Positions 10,986-24,044 of a stretch of 64,000 nt of DNA are shown in pieces. Below the pieces are notes generated by a model. That model did not search any database. It saw only the letters and a program-made list of their open reading frames with translations, and was not told the DNA's origin. Each line of letters starts with the position of its first letter. Position 1 is the stretch's first letter. The DNA lies in the NCBI GenBank assembly GCA_025201805.1, contig MU619312.1:62001-126000 (forward strand), in the 5' to 3' direction. The translations under genes were made by a program, and so were the position numbers. The stretch comes from Parasitella parasitica NRRL 2501. Taxonomy: Eukaryota; Fungi; Mucoromycota.

Positions 10986-13160
10986 ATGCCTAGTACTGTA
11001 GCCGAAAGAGAAGGTAAGCAAGCAGATGTAGTAGCCGGAGTCATGTGAACTGAATACAGAGCATATGTTCTAGCTCGTAGCGAAAAGAAAGATAGAAGGG
11101 ACAAGAAGGAAAAGAAAGAAAAGAAGGAAAAGTCTTCTCGCAAAAGAGATAGAGAGGAGAAATCCAAGGATGTTATTGACGACGTTGATGTCACTTCTAA
11201 CACTACGTCTGCTGTTCCATCTGCAGTCGCATCTCCTGTGAATGGCACTCCTGAGCCCGAGAGCAAGAAGCGCAAGGTCGTCGAGGAAATCGAAACCAAC
11301 GGTGATGATGTTCCCGAAAACCTTCGTCTCTCCAATTTCCGTATTTCTCAAGGCACCATTGACAACCTCGAAGCTAAAGGTATCAAGTCCCTTTTCGAAA
11401 TCCAAGCTGCCACCTTTGATACTATCTTTGATGGTAATGATGTCCTTGCTCGTGCTCGCACTGGTACTGGCAAAACATTGGCATTTGCCTTGCCTGTCAT
11501 CGAAAGGCTCGCTCTTGACAAGGAATACACTGTCCGTCGTGGTCGCTCTCCCCGTGTGCTTGTCCTCTGCCCTACTCGTGATTTAGCCAAACAAGTATGT
11601 GGTGATTTCGAGCAATTATCCGGTAACCGTCTCAAAACTTTGCCCGTTTACGGTGGTGTTCCTTACAATGAGCAAACGTCTGTCTTTAGAGATGGCGTTG
11701 ATGTTGTCGTTGGTACTCCTGGCCGTATCCTCGACCATATCAAGTTTGGTAACATGAAATTGAGTGATCTTAAGTTTATTATACTTGATGAAGCCGATGA
11801 AATGTTGGATGCTCGTGGTTTCGAGGAGGATATGTTCAATTTGCTGTCTAGTATTCAAGAGCAAAAGACTAGCCGTGATTATCAAACCTTGTTATTCTCT
11901 GCTACTGTTCCTGAATCTGTCATGGAAACTATCAAGCGTTTCCTCAAGGAAGACTATGAGCGTATTGATTTGATTGGTAACGCAAAGAACAGAACTAATA
12001 CCAACATTCGTCATATTGCGATGCCCTCATCTTATCATACTCGTGCTGATATTATTGGTGATGTTGTAAACGTATATGGCCGTAGCGGTTTGACAGTTAT
12101 TTTTTGTGCCACAAAGGCTGACGCCAATGAATTGGGCGCCCATGATAAAATCAAGCAAGATGCCGCTGTTCTACATGGTGACATTGCCCAATCCTCCCGT
12201 GAAGCTACTATGAAGGCTTTCCGTGAAGGCAAATACAAGTGTATTGTTTGTACTGACGTCCTTGCTCGTGGGTTGGATATCCCTCAAGTCGATTTGGTTA
12301 TTAACTGCCAACCACCCAAAGATACCGAGTCTTATGTTCATCGTTCTGGTCGTACTGGCCGTGCTGGCCGTTCGGGTGTCTGTGTCACTTTCTTCAAGCC
12401 AGCTGAGGAAGGTCTCTTGTCTTTCATCTCCAAGCGCACTGGTGTCAAGTTTGAGCAATTGTCTGCTCCTCGTCCTGAAGATATTATCGAAGCTACTACT
12501 GAAGACGCTTTCAAATCAATTGACCTTGTCAAGCCTGATGTCTTGCCTTTCTTTGCTGAATCTGCCAAGCAATTGATCGAAAAACACGGCGCTGAGAATG
12601 CAGTTGCTGCCGCCCTTGCTTTCATGACAGGTTATCATCAAGGTGTTCCCAGCCGTTCCTTACTGTCTTCCCAAGAAGGCCAAACTACTTTGCTCATGCA
12701 ATTAACATACACGATACAACATCCTGGCTATGTGCGTAACATCCTTAACCGTGAGTTCCCTGAATTAGGCTACGATGACCTCAAGAGCTGGCGTATGACC
12801 CAAGATTCTATGGGCGTCGTTTTTGACATCAACTCTTCCAAATGCGAAGTTCAAGATGATGGCACAGTTCTTTTAGTAGGTAGACCTTGGACTTCTCGCA
12901 ACATTACCTTGTCTGCTCCTTCTGTTCTTCCAGCTCTCCAAGAACGTGACAATAGAGGTGGCAGAGGTGGTAATTATGGCGGCGGCAGCGGCTATGGCGG
13001 TGGAAGAGGCGGTGGATCATATGGCGGCGGAAGAAGTGGTTACGGCGGCGGCAACCGTGGTGGAAATGGCGGCGGCGGTCGTGGCGGTTATGGTGGTGGA
13101 AACCGAAACGGAGGAGGAGGAGGCTATGGTGGCCGTAATGGTGGCTATGGCGGCCGTTAA
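10986..13160 (+). CDS. DDX21: Nucleolar DEAD-box RNA helicase, DDX21/DDX50-like, with GUCT domain and RGG tail; intron 11014-11073
   Basis: ARTGTGKT, PTRDLA, DEAD, SAT and HRSGRTGRAG motifs; K/E-rich N-terminus; RSLLS start of a GUCT-like region; Gly/Arg/Tyr-rich C-terminus. Confidence 0.9.
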
Positions 13161-13357
13161 TAGTATTAATTTATTTTCGTTATATACAATCAAATCAACA
13201 ATTATTTCATCATTTTTTCCTTTTGAATAGCACTGCCTCACATCAATCTTGTATTTTATAATCGTTATACTTGCTACACAATTCAATTTTAAATAATAAA
13301 AAAAAGTAGAAAACTTTGCATAGAGAACAAATTCCAGTAACATTCAGACTTCTCTGT

Positions 13358-14256
13358 TTAATTGCTAATATGATACTCTTTAGCATATGCCACACCGGAT
13401 GCCACGGCATGCACTCTACTATCAATTATAAGCTTTCCTTTATGTGAATTCTGCAAGCCTATAATTTACAGATGCCCGAAATATCAAAATGGTGTTCCAA
13501 TACACATTCGATTTATTTGACTTACGTATCAAGTTTTCTAAAAGGCCATCTAATGGTAAACTGATTGTTTGCAGACTCCATTCATCAGCTTCTAGCGCTG
13601 GAACAGGGGGCGTTGATAATTCGGATACGTCAATGGTTACCTTGGCAATGTAGCAACATGAGTCAGAAAGCCCAGGTTCATAAGCTAATGGTGTTTTGAC
13701 TAAATCAAATTTTGAAGCAGGAACATTGTAGCCCGTTTCTTCTCTCAGTTCACGTTGCGCTGAAAGAATAGGATCCTTCTCATCTGGATCAATCAAGCCT
13801 AAATGAGAAATCTACAATGAGTATAACCATCCTTATTTATTGCCAAATTTTACTGTTACCTGACGGGAACTCTATACAGTAACTCTCAATGGCCGGCCTG
13901 TTTTTGCTTACTATTTTAATGTACAAACTCAACATGATTCTCTCGAGCACTTGCCTGTATTGAACTACGAATAATAATTCTGGCTCAGGAGTCAATAAAA
14001 TAGCATGAATATCAACAGCTACTCTGTAAATCAGCAAAAAAGAACCACAACCTTAAGGCAATATATGTAGAACTGTACCATCTATGCTTGAATCGCGCTC
14101 TTTTCTTCGAATACAACGCTCCCATTTTCTTTGTATACCGACATTGTCTTTATAAACTATGTATTCGAGCTGCAGCCAGTCGCCTTTACCCATAAGCTCT
14201 GGGCGAGATGTCTCGACGTCAATGAGCTCTTTCTCGAGAAATCTTGTAGTCGTCAT
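13358..14256 (-). CDS. NUDIX hydrolase, ADP-ribose pyrophosphatase (NUDT5/Ysa1-like), 5 exons
   Basis: WLQLEYIVYKD..G..RKWE; QYR|PAIESYCIEFPSGLID..E...RELREETGY Nudix box; EPGLSD; C-terminal IDSRV. Confidence 0.88.
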
Positions 14257-14548
14257 TTTGCGTTGAAGGAGTAAAAGCGATTCTTGCTTGCATAGCGCTT
14301 GTTTGTTCTATCGCCGAGAGAGGAAATACAATCACAGCAGATTTCTTACAATTCAGGGTGCAGTAGAATGATTAAATGATACAATTGCATATGGTCAATA
14401 AACAGGAGTTAATTATCTGAATTCGGATTACTAGGGATTTCAAGTTTTTTGACACAAACTGAAGTACGGAGCTACTCTAAAAGAGAAAATCGATTGAGCA
14501 CGACATTTGCTTTTATTGAAAAACTTTCATTTACACAATGGCCTGCCA

Positions 14549-15741
14549 TTAATCCATTTCCATATCTATAGTACGGTCATTACCCGATACAGATAATTCA
14601 GTGTGTAGTAAATCCAGCAATACATCAACCATGGGCCTTTGTTTGAATAGTATGACAAACTCTGAAAGGTATCCGATTTTTTCGCCTGCTTGTCCTAATG
14701 GATCATTTGTTATATCGAAGAAAAGTACATTTGTAGGATACCCAGAGCTTTTATCTTCAAACAATATATCGACGAGCAATCTTTGATCATAATCATTCAA
14801 TACTTCAATTTCCACTTTATGTATAGACGTGCTTTGATATCTGATTTCGATAGTATGTGATTTCTTCAGTTGAGCGACCTCTTTGAGAATCTCCCTCCTA
14901 GTGACATAGGCTTGGACTTGGTCGTGCACAATACGGATAAATGACTGGAAACGTATCAATAAAATAAAATAAAAAGGTTGCTTTACTTATAGATAATAAC
15001 TTACATCAAAATTATCAGGTAAATATTTGTTTTGTATAGTCAATAAATGTATGAAATTTGGTATAGTGTGATGCTCTATCAATGGCTGTGTCAAGGTTTG
15101 AATTGAATTCGACTGAAGGCCCTCATGGCTTTTTTCATAGACGATATAATAGGATTCTATATACTTTCTATTGTAGAATGTTTCTAGTCGGATACAGTTA
15201 TGATTGCCTTTGAATGTGAATATTGAACGGCCAGCAAGACGATGATAACTGATTGCTTCTCGTATACAGCAAATATCGACAGTTGACATCATTTTAGCAT
15301 ATACCTATGAATAACAATTGTGAGATACAAGCTATTACACGACCTAGATTGATTACCTCTTTTTCCATATCATCGAATTCATATTCTGCTACTCTGGTAG
15401 GATCTATTGATAGGTATTAATAGTGCTATCGAGGTGGATCACACGCAAAAAAAAACCTTGAATCAATGCTGTAAGCGAGGATATTGTAATATAAGATAGG
15501 TCTTCCTCAAGTAATTCTTTTCTGAGCTGCTGATCTCTGGCTGTTGCAGTTGCCACTGTTGATAATCAAAATTAGTGATGTGTACGTATATGAGCTTGAA
15601 GAATTTACATCTTCTTTTCATCTCGTTGATTTGAGCCTTTAATCTATCATTCTCACTAGGTAAGCTTTGTTTATTTCGTCAGCAGAGCTAGCACATTGTG
15701 TATCTACATGGCATTCATATTTACAAAGTATCTTCTTCCAT
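14549..15741 (-). CDS. Kinetochore protein CENP-O/Mcm21-like (multi-exon)
   Basis: N-terminal coiled coil, then YHRLAGRSIF..IRLETFY..YIESYYIV..IEHHTIPNFI..L, and FIRIVHDQVQAYVTRRE. Confidence 0.75.
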
Positions 15742-15898
15742 GTTTGTTTGCATCAAGAGAGATAGAATAGAGTGATCAAGCAGATGTTCGTGACTAGACA
15801 AATACAAGGGCTGGATGTCAAAGCACGCGATGTACAGTCTTTCAAATCGCGAGAATCCACCATCTCACCACATCTTCATTTCTTTTGACATTTGCAAT

Positions 15899-17332
15899 AT
15901 GGTAGCGTTGACAATAGAACTACTCGAAAGAGCAGAATTTCATAATCAAGTGAAATAGTAAGCTGCTGCTGACAATTCAGTTCTTTTCATAACAACTAAT
16001 CAAGAGTTTTTTTCATTGTAGCATTATCGAGAATGGCGATTCTAGGTAAATATGTCTTGCAACGTTGCTGCAGATGAAGATACTAAAATCCATTCCTTAG
16101 TTCATTGACAGCAACGCAAATCCGCAGTACATTGGAATCTCATTTTGTAAGTAGCCAGATGCAATGGCATTCGTATTTAGAGACCTAATGTCATTTGCAG
16201 GATTTGGAAAAAGATGCATTGAAGGGAAAACCGTACAAAAAGGTTATCAATGCATTGATAGATAAAATATATGGCGAAATGCAGAAAGTACAAAAGAAAC
16301 CCCCTCAAGAACATACGCCCGAAGCAACTGATTCTAGTAGAGAAGCATCTCCCACTACCAAATCCTTCTCGCAGAAAAGAAAAGCCCCATCTCCTGAAAA
16401 AGAAACAGAGGAAATAGCTGCAAAAAAACCTAAGGTGGAAACTGACAACAAAGAGGAAGAAGAAACAAAACCAAAAAAGACTTCTCGGGCAAAGAAACAA
16501 TCCCCAAAAATCATTTCAGATGGTGAGGAAGAAGAAGACGACGAAGACGAAATGGAGAAAGATGAGGAAACAAAAGATTTTAGCAATGAACAGGAGGATG
16601 AGGACGAAAGTAACTCTTTTACACCACCTCCAGCCAAGAAAAAGGCTACTTCGAAATCTACCAAATCAAATACTGCGCCTGTAATATGCCCACAAAAGCA
16701 ATTGTTGCTAATACTGACCTTTTTTTTACTATAGACTAAAGACGACGAATCAGTAAAGCGACTCAAACAATTCATCAACAAGTGTGGAGTCCGCAAAGTC
16801 TGGTATTGACGGAATAGTGAAATTTTGATTATATTTCCCTAAACAGCATAAATAGGGCCAAAGAATTAGCAGAGTGTAGGAGTACGACAGCAGAGATAAG
16901 AAAATTAAAATCCATACTGGAAGAATTGGGCGTTCACGGTAGACCTACACTTGAAAAGTGTGAGGCTGTCAAGAAGGAAAGGGAATTAAAGGCAGAATTA
17001 GACAGTTTGGATACAAATTTAATCATTAATGAGACTGGGCGCAGGACAAGATCCAGAAATAATGGCTCAAGCAGACCTACTTATGCAGTCGATAGCTCTA
17101 GCAGTAGCGAGGAAGAGGAAGATGATGATAATGAAGATTCTGCAGATGAAAGTAACGAAGATGAAGATAAACCTATGGTATTTGATAACGACGTGAAAGG
17201 ACAAATTGAACGTGAGGATGAAGAGTCTTCAGGGGTAAGTAATACAAAGGCGTATAAAATAATATGGCTCACGGTCATTTGTAAAAATAGGATGAATTTA
17301 AAAGCGATGAATCCGACGATTATGATGCCTGA
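15899..17332 (+). CDS. HIRIP3-like acidic/basic histone-chaperone-type protein (DEK-C-like N-terminus, CHZ-like C-terminus)
   Basis: Spliced KRLKQFINKCGVRKVW|AKELAEC...LKSILEELGVHGRPTLEKCEAVKKERELKAEL; long D/E tracts; canonical introns. Confidence 0.75.
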
Positions 17333-18147
17333 GCACTATTACGTCTTCAAGCAAGTAGTTTCGACATTGTGCAAAGAATTCCTCCTTTCCAAAGGGAAAA
17401 AAGGTTAAAAATTTTGACTAGTAGATACTAGTATATCTTGAATTAAACAAAACTATTAATGCCCCTTTTATATGTGAGTCTCCAAAAATGATGTATGTGA
17501 AGCTGTACTTGTTTAGGCTTATGATGTGAATACATATTCCATCCAGAAAAAGTTTTGGATTTTCAATCTATACAGTAGAAGCCAAGCTTTTCTTTACATT
17601 TAGCCCGGGAGGTAACCTTTTATCAAGTATACATAAATTTGACGCATACTTGTTATTTGCAAATAGTAGGCAGTTTCCAAATAGTAGGCAGTTTGTCTAT
17701 ACGTAATGTTGCCAACGCAACAGGTAGTGAGATGTGTAATGCGTAAGATTTCACCCAGTTTATATTGTAATGATAAATCTTTTTTTCTGTCGATAATACA
17801 TTAGCAGGCAATATAATTTGACAACAGGCACGAAAAACGTATTTTTTTTTACAGTTCTCAACCGACAGAGTACTGTTTTATTGTCATGATCTAACCTTCT
17901 TCACATGTTATACCATCTTCCTGCAAGCCTACAAATTGTGGCCATGTTATCCAAAGCAATTGCGGTCGAAGCCTTTGCTGTGTAATTTTTTTTTTCTTTG
18001 CTGTTATAGCACAAGAGGAATGAATCGCACACAAACAATAACAAGAGCTAATTTAAGCACCACACACCACTCTCTTTCAATATATTTCGTGTGCATTTAG
18101 TCCTACCATATTTTGCAGCCTCTTTCATTGTTTCATTATATTAACAC

Positions 18148-20662
18148 ATGATGCCACATCCTCACCCATTTCAAGAGTCATTTTGGTCACCCACAGCCTC
18201 TATTGATCCTATTCCAAATTTCAATACTGGATATACAGTTTTGCATACCAAACTTAAACAATCTAAGACCGAGAATAAAGCCATTGGAGACTATGTAAAG
18301 CAACGAATAAATGCTGAAAAAGCTCATGCAAATTTGCTGGGTAGCATTAAGCCATCAACTTTACCGTTTGAAAAGGACGTTGGAGGTGCGCTGAAGAAAT
18401 GCTTCGAGGTTGTCTGTGCAGAAAGTGAGGAGTCGGCCAAGGAACACTTTAACCGCGCCAGCAACTTGAATACAACAGCTCTGGATCCTCTGCTGAAATT
18501 CTTTTCCAGGTACGATCGAATAATAACTCAAGCCAAGAAAACGGTTGAAGCACAAATCAATCAATTCAATATAGCATGCAAAGCAATGGAAGATGCGAAA
18601 ATATCTTATGTAAATCGATGCAAATCCTTATTACTTGTTCAACCTGGATTTACAGATGCAAAAGTCGGAAAAGGTCTACAGTTTCCTACAAGAGATCATG
18701 CTTGGATTTGGTTTTCAGAACTGTTTAGAAACCAAGAATATACGAAAGAACAAATTGTCGATATTTTAAAAGGCGTAGTGTTGGACGAAGAGGATGCAAT
18801 TACAAGCCTGGTAGAGCTGCAATTTGTGAAACAAGAAAACGACAAGTTCATTAAACAGCAAAACTTGGTTGTTGCTGATGGGCCCGATGCCAGCACCACA
18901 ACTTTGGATGGCAGTAAAAAGTTTTCAGGGTTCCTAGGTAGATGGGGAGGTCAGCCACAGCAAGTGAAGAAAGAAGAGCTGATAACAGATATGTTGGAAG
19001 CAGATAAACTTTATCGTCAATCTGTAAACAAGGTAGAACTTGAGCGAACACAGACCGAGCAAATATTGTTTATTCATTATGAAGAAATGGAAAGCCTGGA
19101 GTTGGAGAGAATTCAAACTATAAAGCAAGGTAAACACATGGTGATGCAATCTGGACCACCTGAAATCTAACGCATTGTCCAACTAGCGTTTATAAGCATG
19201 GCAGCTTCGCTATCAAATACGATCCCCAGGTGCAAAGAGACATTTGACAACATGATGCTCTATCAAGAGACACTAAAGCCAGACAAGGATGTGCAGTTTA
19301 TCGTGGAGCAATATAGAACAGGACAATACTGTCCCAAACCGATTCTGTACGAGAGTTATTTTCACAGTGCAGCTGCAGGTAAATGCTTGCAGTTTTGTTG
19401 TAGGGCTCAAACTAACATTGCATTACATTATCGTAATACCATAACAGATCAACTATTTGGTGTTCCACTAGAAGAGATCACAAGAGTACAAGGTTCAATG
19501 GTACCACAATTGATCGATATAGGCCTATCTGTGATTGAATCAGGTGAGTTGTTGGTTTGATTTGCAGGCGAACAATTGAGATGCTAATTTAGTAACTGGA
19601 AGGGTTTTCTCGACTTCACGATGAAGGTACAGATTAGCAAGATAAATAAAGCTTTTCTGCAACTAATGAATGCTATAGAAAAGAATGTTGTGTGGACAGC
19701 TAGTTTGCCATTAGACAGAGTGCATGCAGCTAGAGCAGAAATCAACATAAACAGCCCAATCACAGATGAAATCCTACCAAAGTTTGACCTAATGCTATTG
19801 GCATCTTTACTGCGACTTTACTTGTTAGAGCTACCAGAATGTCTATTTACGTTTGAATTGTACGAACCGTGTAAACTATTGTATTCGAATAGTAAGTCAA
19901 CCTTTCTTTTTTGCATAAGATGTGTCGTTTAAAACTTTGTTCATCCACAAAGAGGATCAAGATAAAGACAGCCGGTTGATGTCGATTAGTAAACTATTAG
20001 CTACATTACCTACAGCCAACTACCACACAGCCATGAAATTGCTAGGTCATTTTCATAAACTCGTAAAGCAGATAACCTCAGATAGTCAATTCACATTATC
20101 CTCGTTGGCCAAGTCATTCAGTTATATATTTCTGCGACCTCAAATCGAATCAAAGATCAGTATACATGAAAGACATCCGCAGCGTCTACTGTATGATTTA
20201 ATTGAAAACTTTGACACTATTTTTACCCAAGAATCTCATCGCGCTCAAAGAAAAAACTCTACGAGACCTTCTATTATTATAACCAAAAAAGAGGCCACTA
20301 TTCCGAAAAAGGCCAATTCGCTTGATGAAGGTAGTACTGCAAGCGCAAGTAAAAGAACGAGTACATCTTCTATTAATGTTACACGAAGAACATCCATTTT
20401 ATCCTCATTCATGCGCAGTAGTCAATCGACACCTACTTCCATGAAACCCAAAACACCACTTACTATACCCATGCCCTCAAGTACTTTGTTTGAGGATCCT
20501 GATGAGATTGAGCGATCATCAGAGTCGTCTCTACTGAGTACCCCGCCCCAAATATCATCTTCTTCTGCTGAGCCTCATCATTATAAATCAGAGCATCTTG
20601 GCGATAATTTTATGATGGAGGAATTAGCGAGTCTAGATTCGTTTTTTGAAGACGAAGATTAA
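18148..20662 (+). CDS. F-BAR/FCH + RhoGAP protein (Rgd2/Rga8-like)
   Basis: FQESFWS...GYTVLH FCH motif; EQYRTGQYCPKP; DQLFGVPLEE; LASLLRLYLLELPECL. Includes a 24-nt microexon near 19602-19625. Confidence 0.85.
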
Positions 20663-21491
20663 AAAAACCTATTTCAAAAATAAAAAAAAACAGATGGCGT
20701 GGTGTGATACGCCAAGTTCTTGCATTGAATGTCTCTCCCGGATCGTATCCGTATCAAAAAGTTAAAATTCTGTATTTGATAGAATCAAGTAAAAAGCATA
20801 TGTGTACATCATATGAATGGTAGATTTACCTTGTTATTTTTCGTGTAATTTCAAACAAACAGAAAAAAATAGTTGAGATCATTATCAAAAGACAGATCAT
20901 TTACTTGAATATTGAGATTAGAAGCTTGTAGAATGGCATGATTTAGAACTTTTTTTTTTTCCTAATAAACTAAATTTAAGCTGCCACAACGGATAAAAAG
21001 CGCGATGCAAAACTCAATTGTCAGTAACTTTCAATATGTATGTTTGATCGAACTCTGACAAGACGCTTTAATGAAATGATTGTTTTCTTATCATGGATGA
21101 CTTTTCTTTTTTTTTGACATTTAATACTTTTAATTGTCGTATTACCGAGCAATAATGATAGTCTAATTCTGATTCTAATCTGCTCCATAGAATTTTCGAA
21201 TCAAAGACTATTTTATAGCAGAGCACTGTTTATATTTTTAGCTTCAGGTCATTGATAATCCATTTCTGTATAATCATGTATCAAACAGCCGGATCGGAAA
21301 CGAATTATTAGATGATTTGATCCCGTATCCTCTTCGTTTCCGACCTGTATGTTTCTAACTGATATTACAGAAAAACTTTTGATAGGTGACCTGTCAAAAA
21401 AAAAAAGTATTTATATAGGATCGTACTGATCAAAATTGTCAAATTCAAACATCTTCAATATCATTCATACCCTTACATAATATAATAGACA

Positions 21492-23194
21492 ATGACATTT
21501 CACAACAAAGACGGTCTCCATGACGAAGATGATCATAATAGTGTACATAGCCAAGGCAGCCAAGTCAGCACCATGACAGCATACGATGCTGATGTAGAAC
21601 AACCAAATATTGCACCATCACCACCATCAGAGGAGGCACGCATGGAGAAACTGTTAACCACAAATTCCTCTGAGCCTTATTCAGTGTTTTCTCGAAACAA
21701 AAAATTGTTGATCGTTACCATATGCTGCCTTACGGGTATCGTATCGCCACTATCAGCCAATATTTATTTTCCTGCATTGGATGTTATTCAAAAAGTAAGC
21801 AGGTTACACGAAATCAAAAGAAACCAAGCATCTTGTTCTGACCATTTTATATGCAGGATTTACACACAACAACTGAATTAATGAACCTGACAGTTACCGT
21901 TTACATGATCTTTCAAGGCCTTTCTCCCTCCTTTTGGGGCTCATTAGCTGATCTTTGGGGCCGTCGGCCGGTATATCTTGGTACACTTGTAGTCTACATG
22001 GGCTCTTGTGTAGGTCTTGCCTTGGCACCTACATTTTACGTATTGCTCATCTTGCGTATGTTGCAAGCTTTTGGTTCCAGTTCTGTTATTGCCATCGGTG
22101 CTGGTGTAGTAGGTGATATTGCTACACCTTCGGAACGTGGTAGTTATTTCGGCCTCTTTTCAATGGGGCAGATGTTGGGTCCTGTCATCGGTCCTGTTAT
22201 AGGTGGAATTATCTCTGAATATCTCTCTTGGAGATGGATATTTTGGGTTTTATTGATGGTCGGTGCGGTTTTCTTTATTATCATCTTCTTTTTACTGCCT
22301 GAAACTCTTCGAAGTCTAGTCGGTAATGGTTCTGGACATGCTAATCCTACGCCTATTCAATGGTGGAGACATCGCCAAGCCCTGAAGCAGCGACAAGAGC
22401 AGCCTTTTTCTGACGATGACAGCTCTACCATCCATGATATCAAAAAAACTAGCCGTTTTCTGCAAATTCCTAATGTAACTCAACCATTTCTTTACTTGTG
22501 CGAGAAAGACATCATTTGCGCTTTAGTTTACAACGGCATCCACTACGCAACTTATTACTGTTATCTGACATCTACTACCAGTCAATTTGTCTTGATATAC
22601 AACATGTCTGAAATACAGATCGGACTTTGTTTCTTGTGCCAGGGTGTTGGCTGTATTTTAGGTAGCTTCTGTGAAGGTAAACTGCTGGACCATGATTTCA
22701 AAAAGACAGCCATTGAATCTGGCTTCAAGAACGCCGCTCGAGGTAAATTGCCTTCTGAATTCCCTATTTTCCGTGCACGTCTTCGCAGTATGTGGATCAA
22801 TGCAGGCATTATTCAGATAATCACCTTATTTTATGGCTGGATGCTATACATACACGCCCATTTAGCAGTGATATTAGTTTTGCAATTCATCGTGGGCTTT
22901 GCAAATACCTCCATGTTCAATATCTTCCAAACATTGGCCGTAGATCTGTTTCCTGGAAAAAGTGCTACCATCACTGCCACCAATAATTTAGTGCGATGTA
23001 TGCTTGGTGCTGTTGCTACTGTCAGCATTGAGCCTGGCATTGAAGGTGTCGGTGTCGGCTGGATTTTCACAATTATTGGCTTGGTTTGTGTCGCCTCTAA
23101 CGTATTGGTTCCCATTCTGTTCAAATTTGGCCCTCGTTGGAGAAAAGAAAGAATCGAGAAATTAGCTCGTAAATTAAAAGACCAAGAACACTAA
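21492..23194 (+). CDS. MFS drug:H+ antiporter (DHA1, Qdr/Dtr1-like); intron 21795-21856
   Basis: SPLSANIYFPAL, motif A GSLADLWGRRP, LRMLQAFGSS, motif C GPVIGPVIGG, WRWIFW, LPETLR; 12-TM pattern. Confidence 0.93.
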
Positions 23195-23999
23195 TTGGAT
23201 TCAATATGCGCGTATATGTTTATGCATAATCGTCAAGTAACCTCATATGTAAATACTTCCTCCATAGCATTTGTAATTATCGTCAATAGTTTATAAAAAC
23301 AGTAAAAATAAAGTAATTGCTTACAGTTTTTCCTAAGCGAATTTCATATTCACGCATTTTGTGTTAATTGTAGCAAATTTACATGTAAATATCAAAGATG
23401 GGAGATGAGATTGTGAAAATTCTTGATGTAACTCGGTATTTTTTTAAGGGAAACGTTTGCTTTGAAAGAACTTGGCGATAAAAAAGTGTCTCTTTTATGA
23501 ATATACTTTTCATTTTATCTAACGTTTTTCTATGATAGATTCAATTGAAGGCCTACCATAACCCATGAATTTTGTTTTATTCAAGCATTTGAAGACACTC
23601 TAATGCAGGCATTTTGTAAATCCTCGTGCAAAACAAAAAACCCTAGATTTGTCATTTTTTCACCTCACAAGCAACCTTATGGCGCAATCAGCAAATTCTT
23701 ATCTTATGTAAACATTGGTTATTAATAAGCATATGCTAATTGACCATTATCTTCCAGAGATTAGGGGATCCGTAAAACAGTTCGAAAGAAATGATCAAAC
23801 CAAAAATGGAAGACATCTACCAGCATGTGAATTATACATTTTGTAATCAAATTTGTTTTGCACAATTTTGATAGATTTATACCGTTTCTGACGCTTAAAA
23901 CCGCACCAAATGACTTCTCCGACTTTGTAGCTTATATCTGATGCATTTCACTCCAATTTGATACAAGATTACCATTTAGGTATTGATTATGCAAAATAT

Positions 24000-24034
<35 letters not shown>

Positions 24035-24044
24035 NNNNNNNNNN
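24035..24044. other. Assembly gap after a poly(T) run
   Basis: 10 N. Confidence 0.99.
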
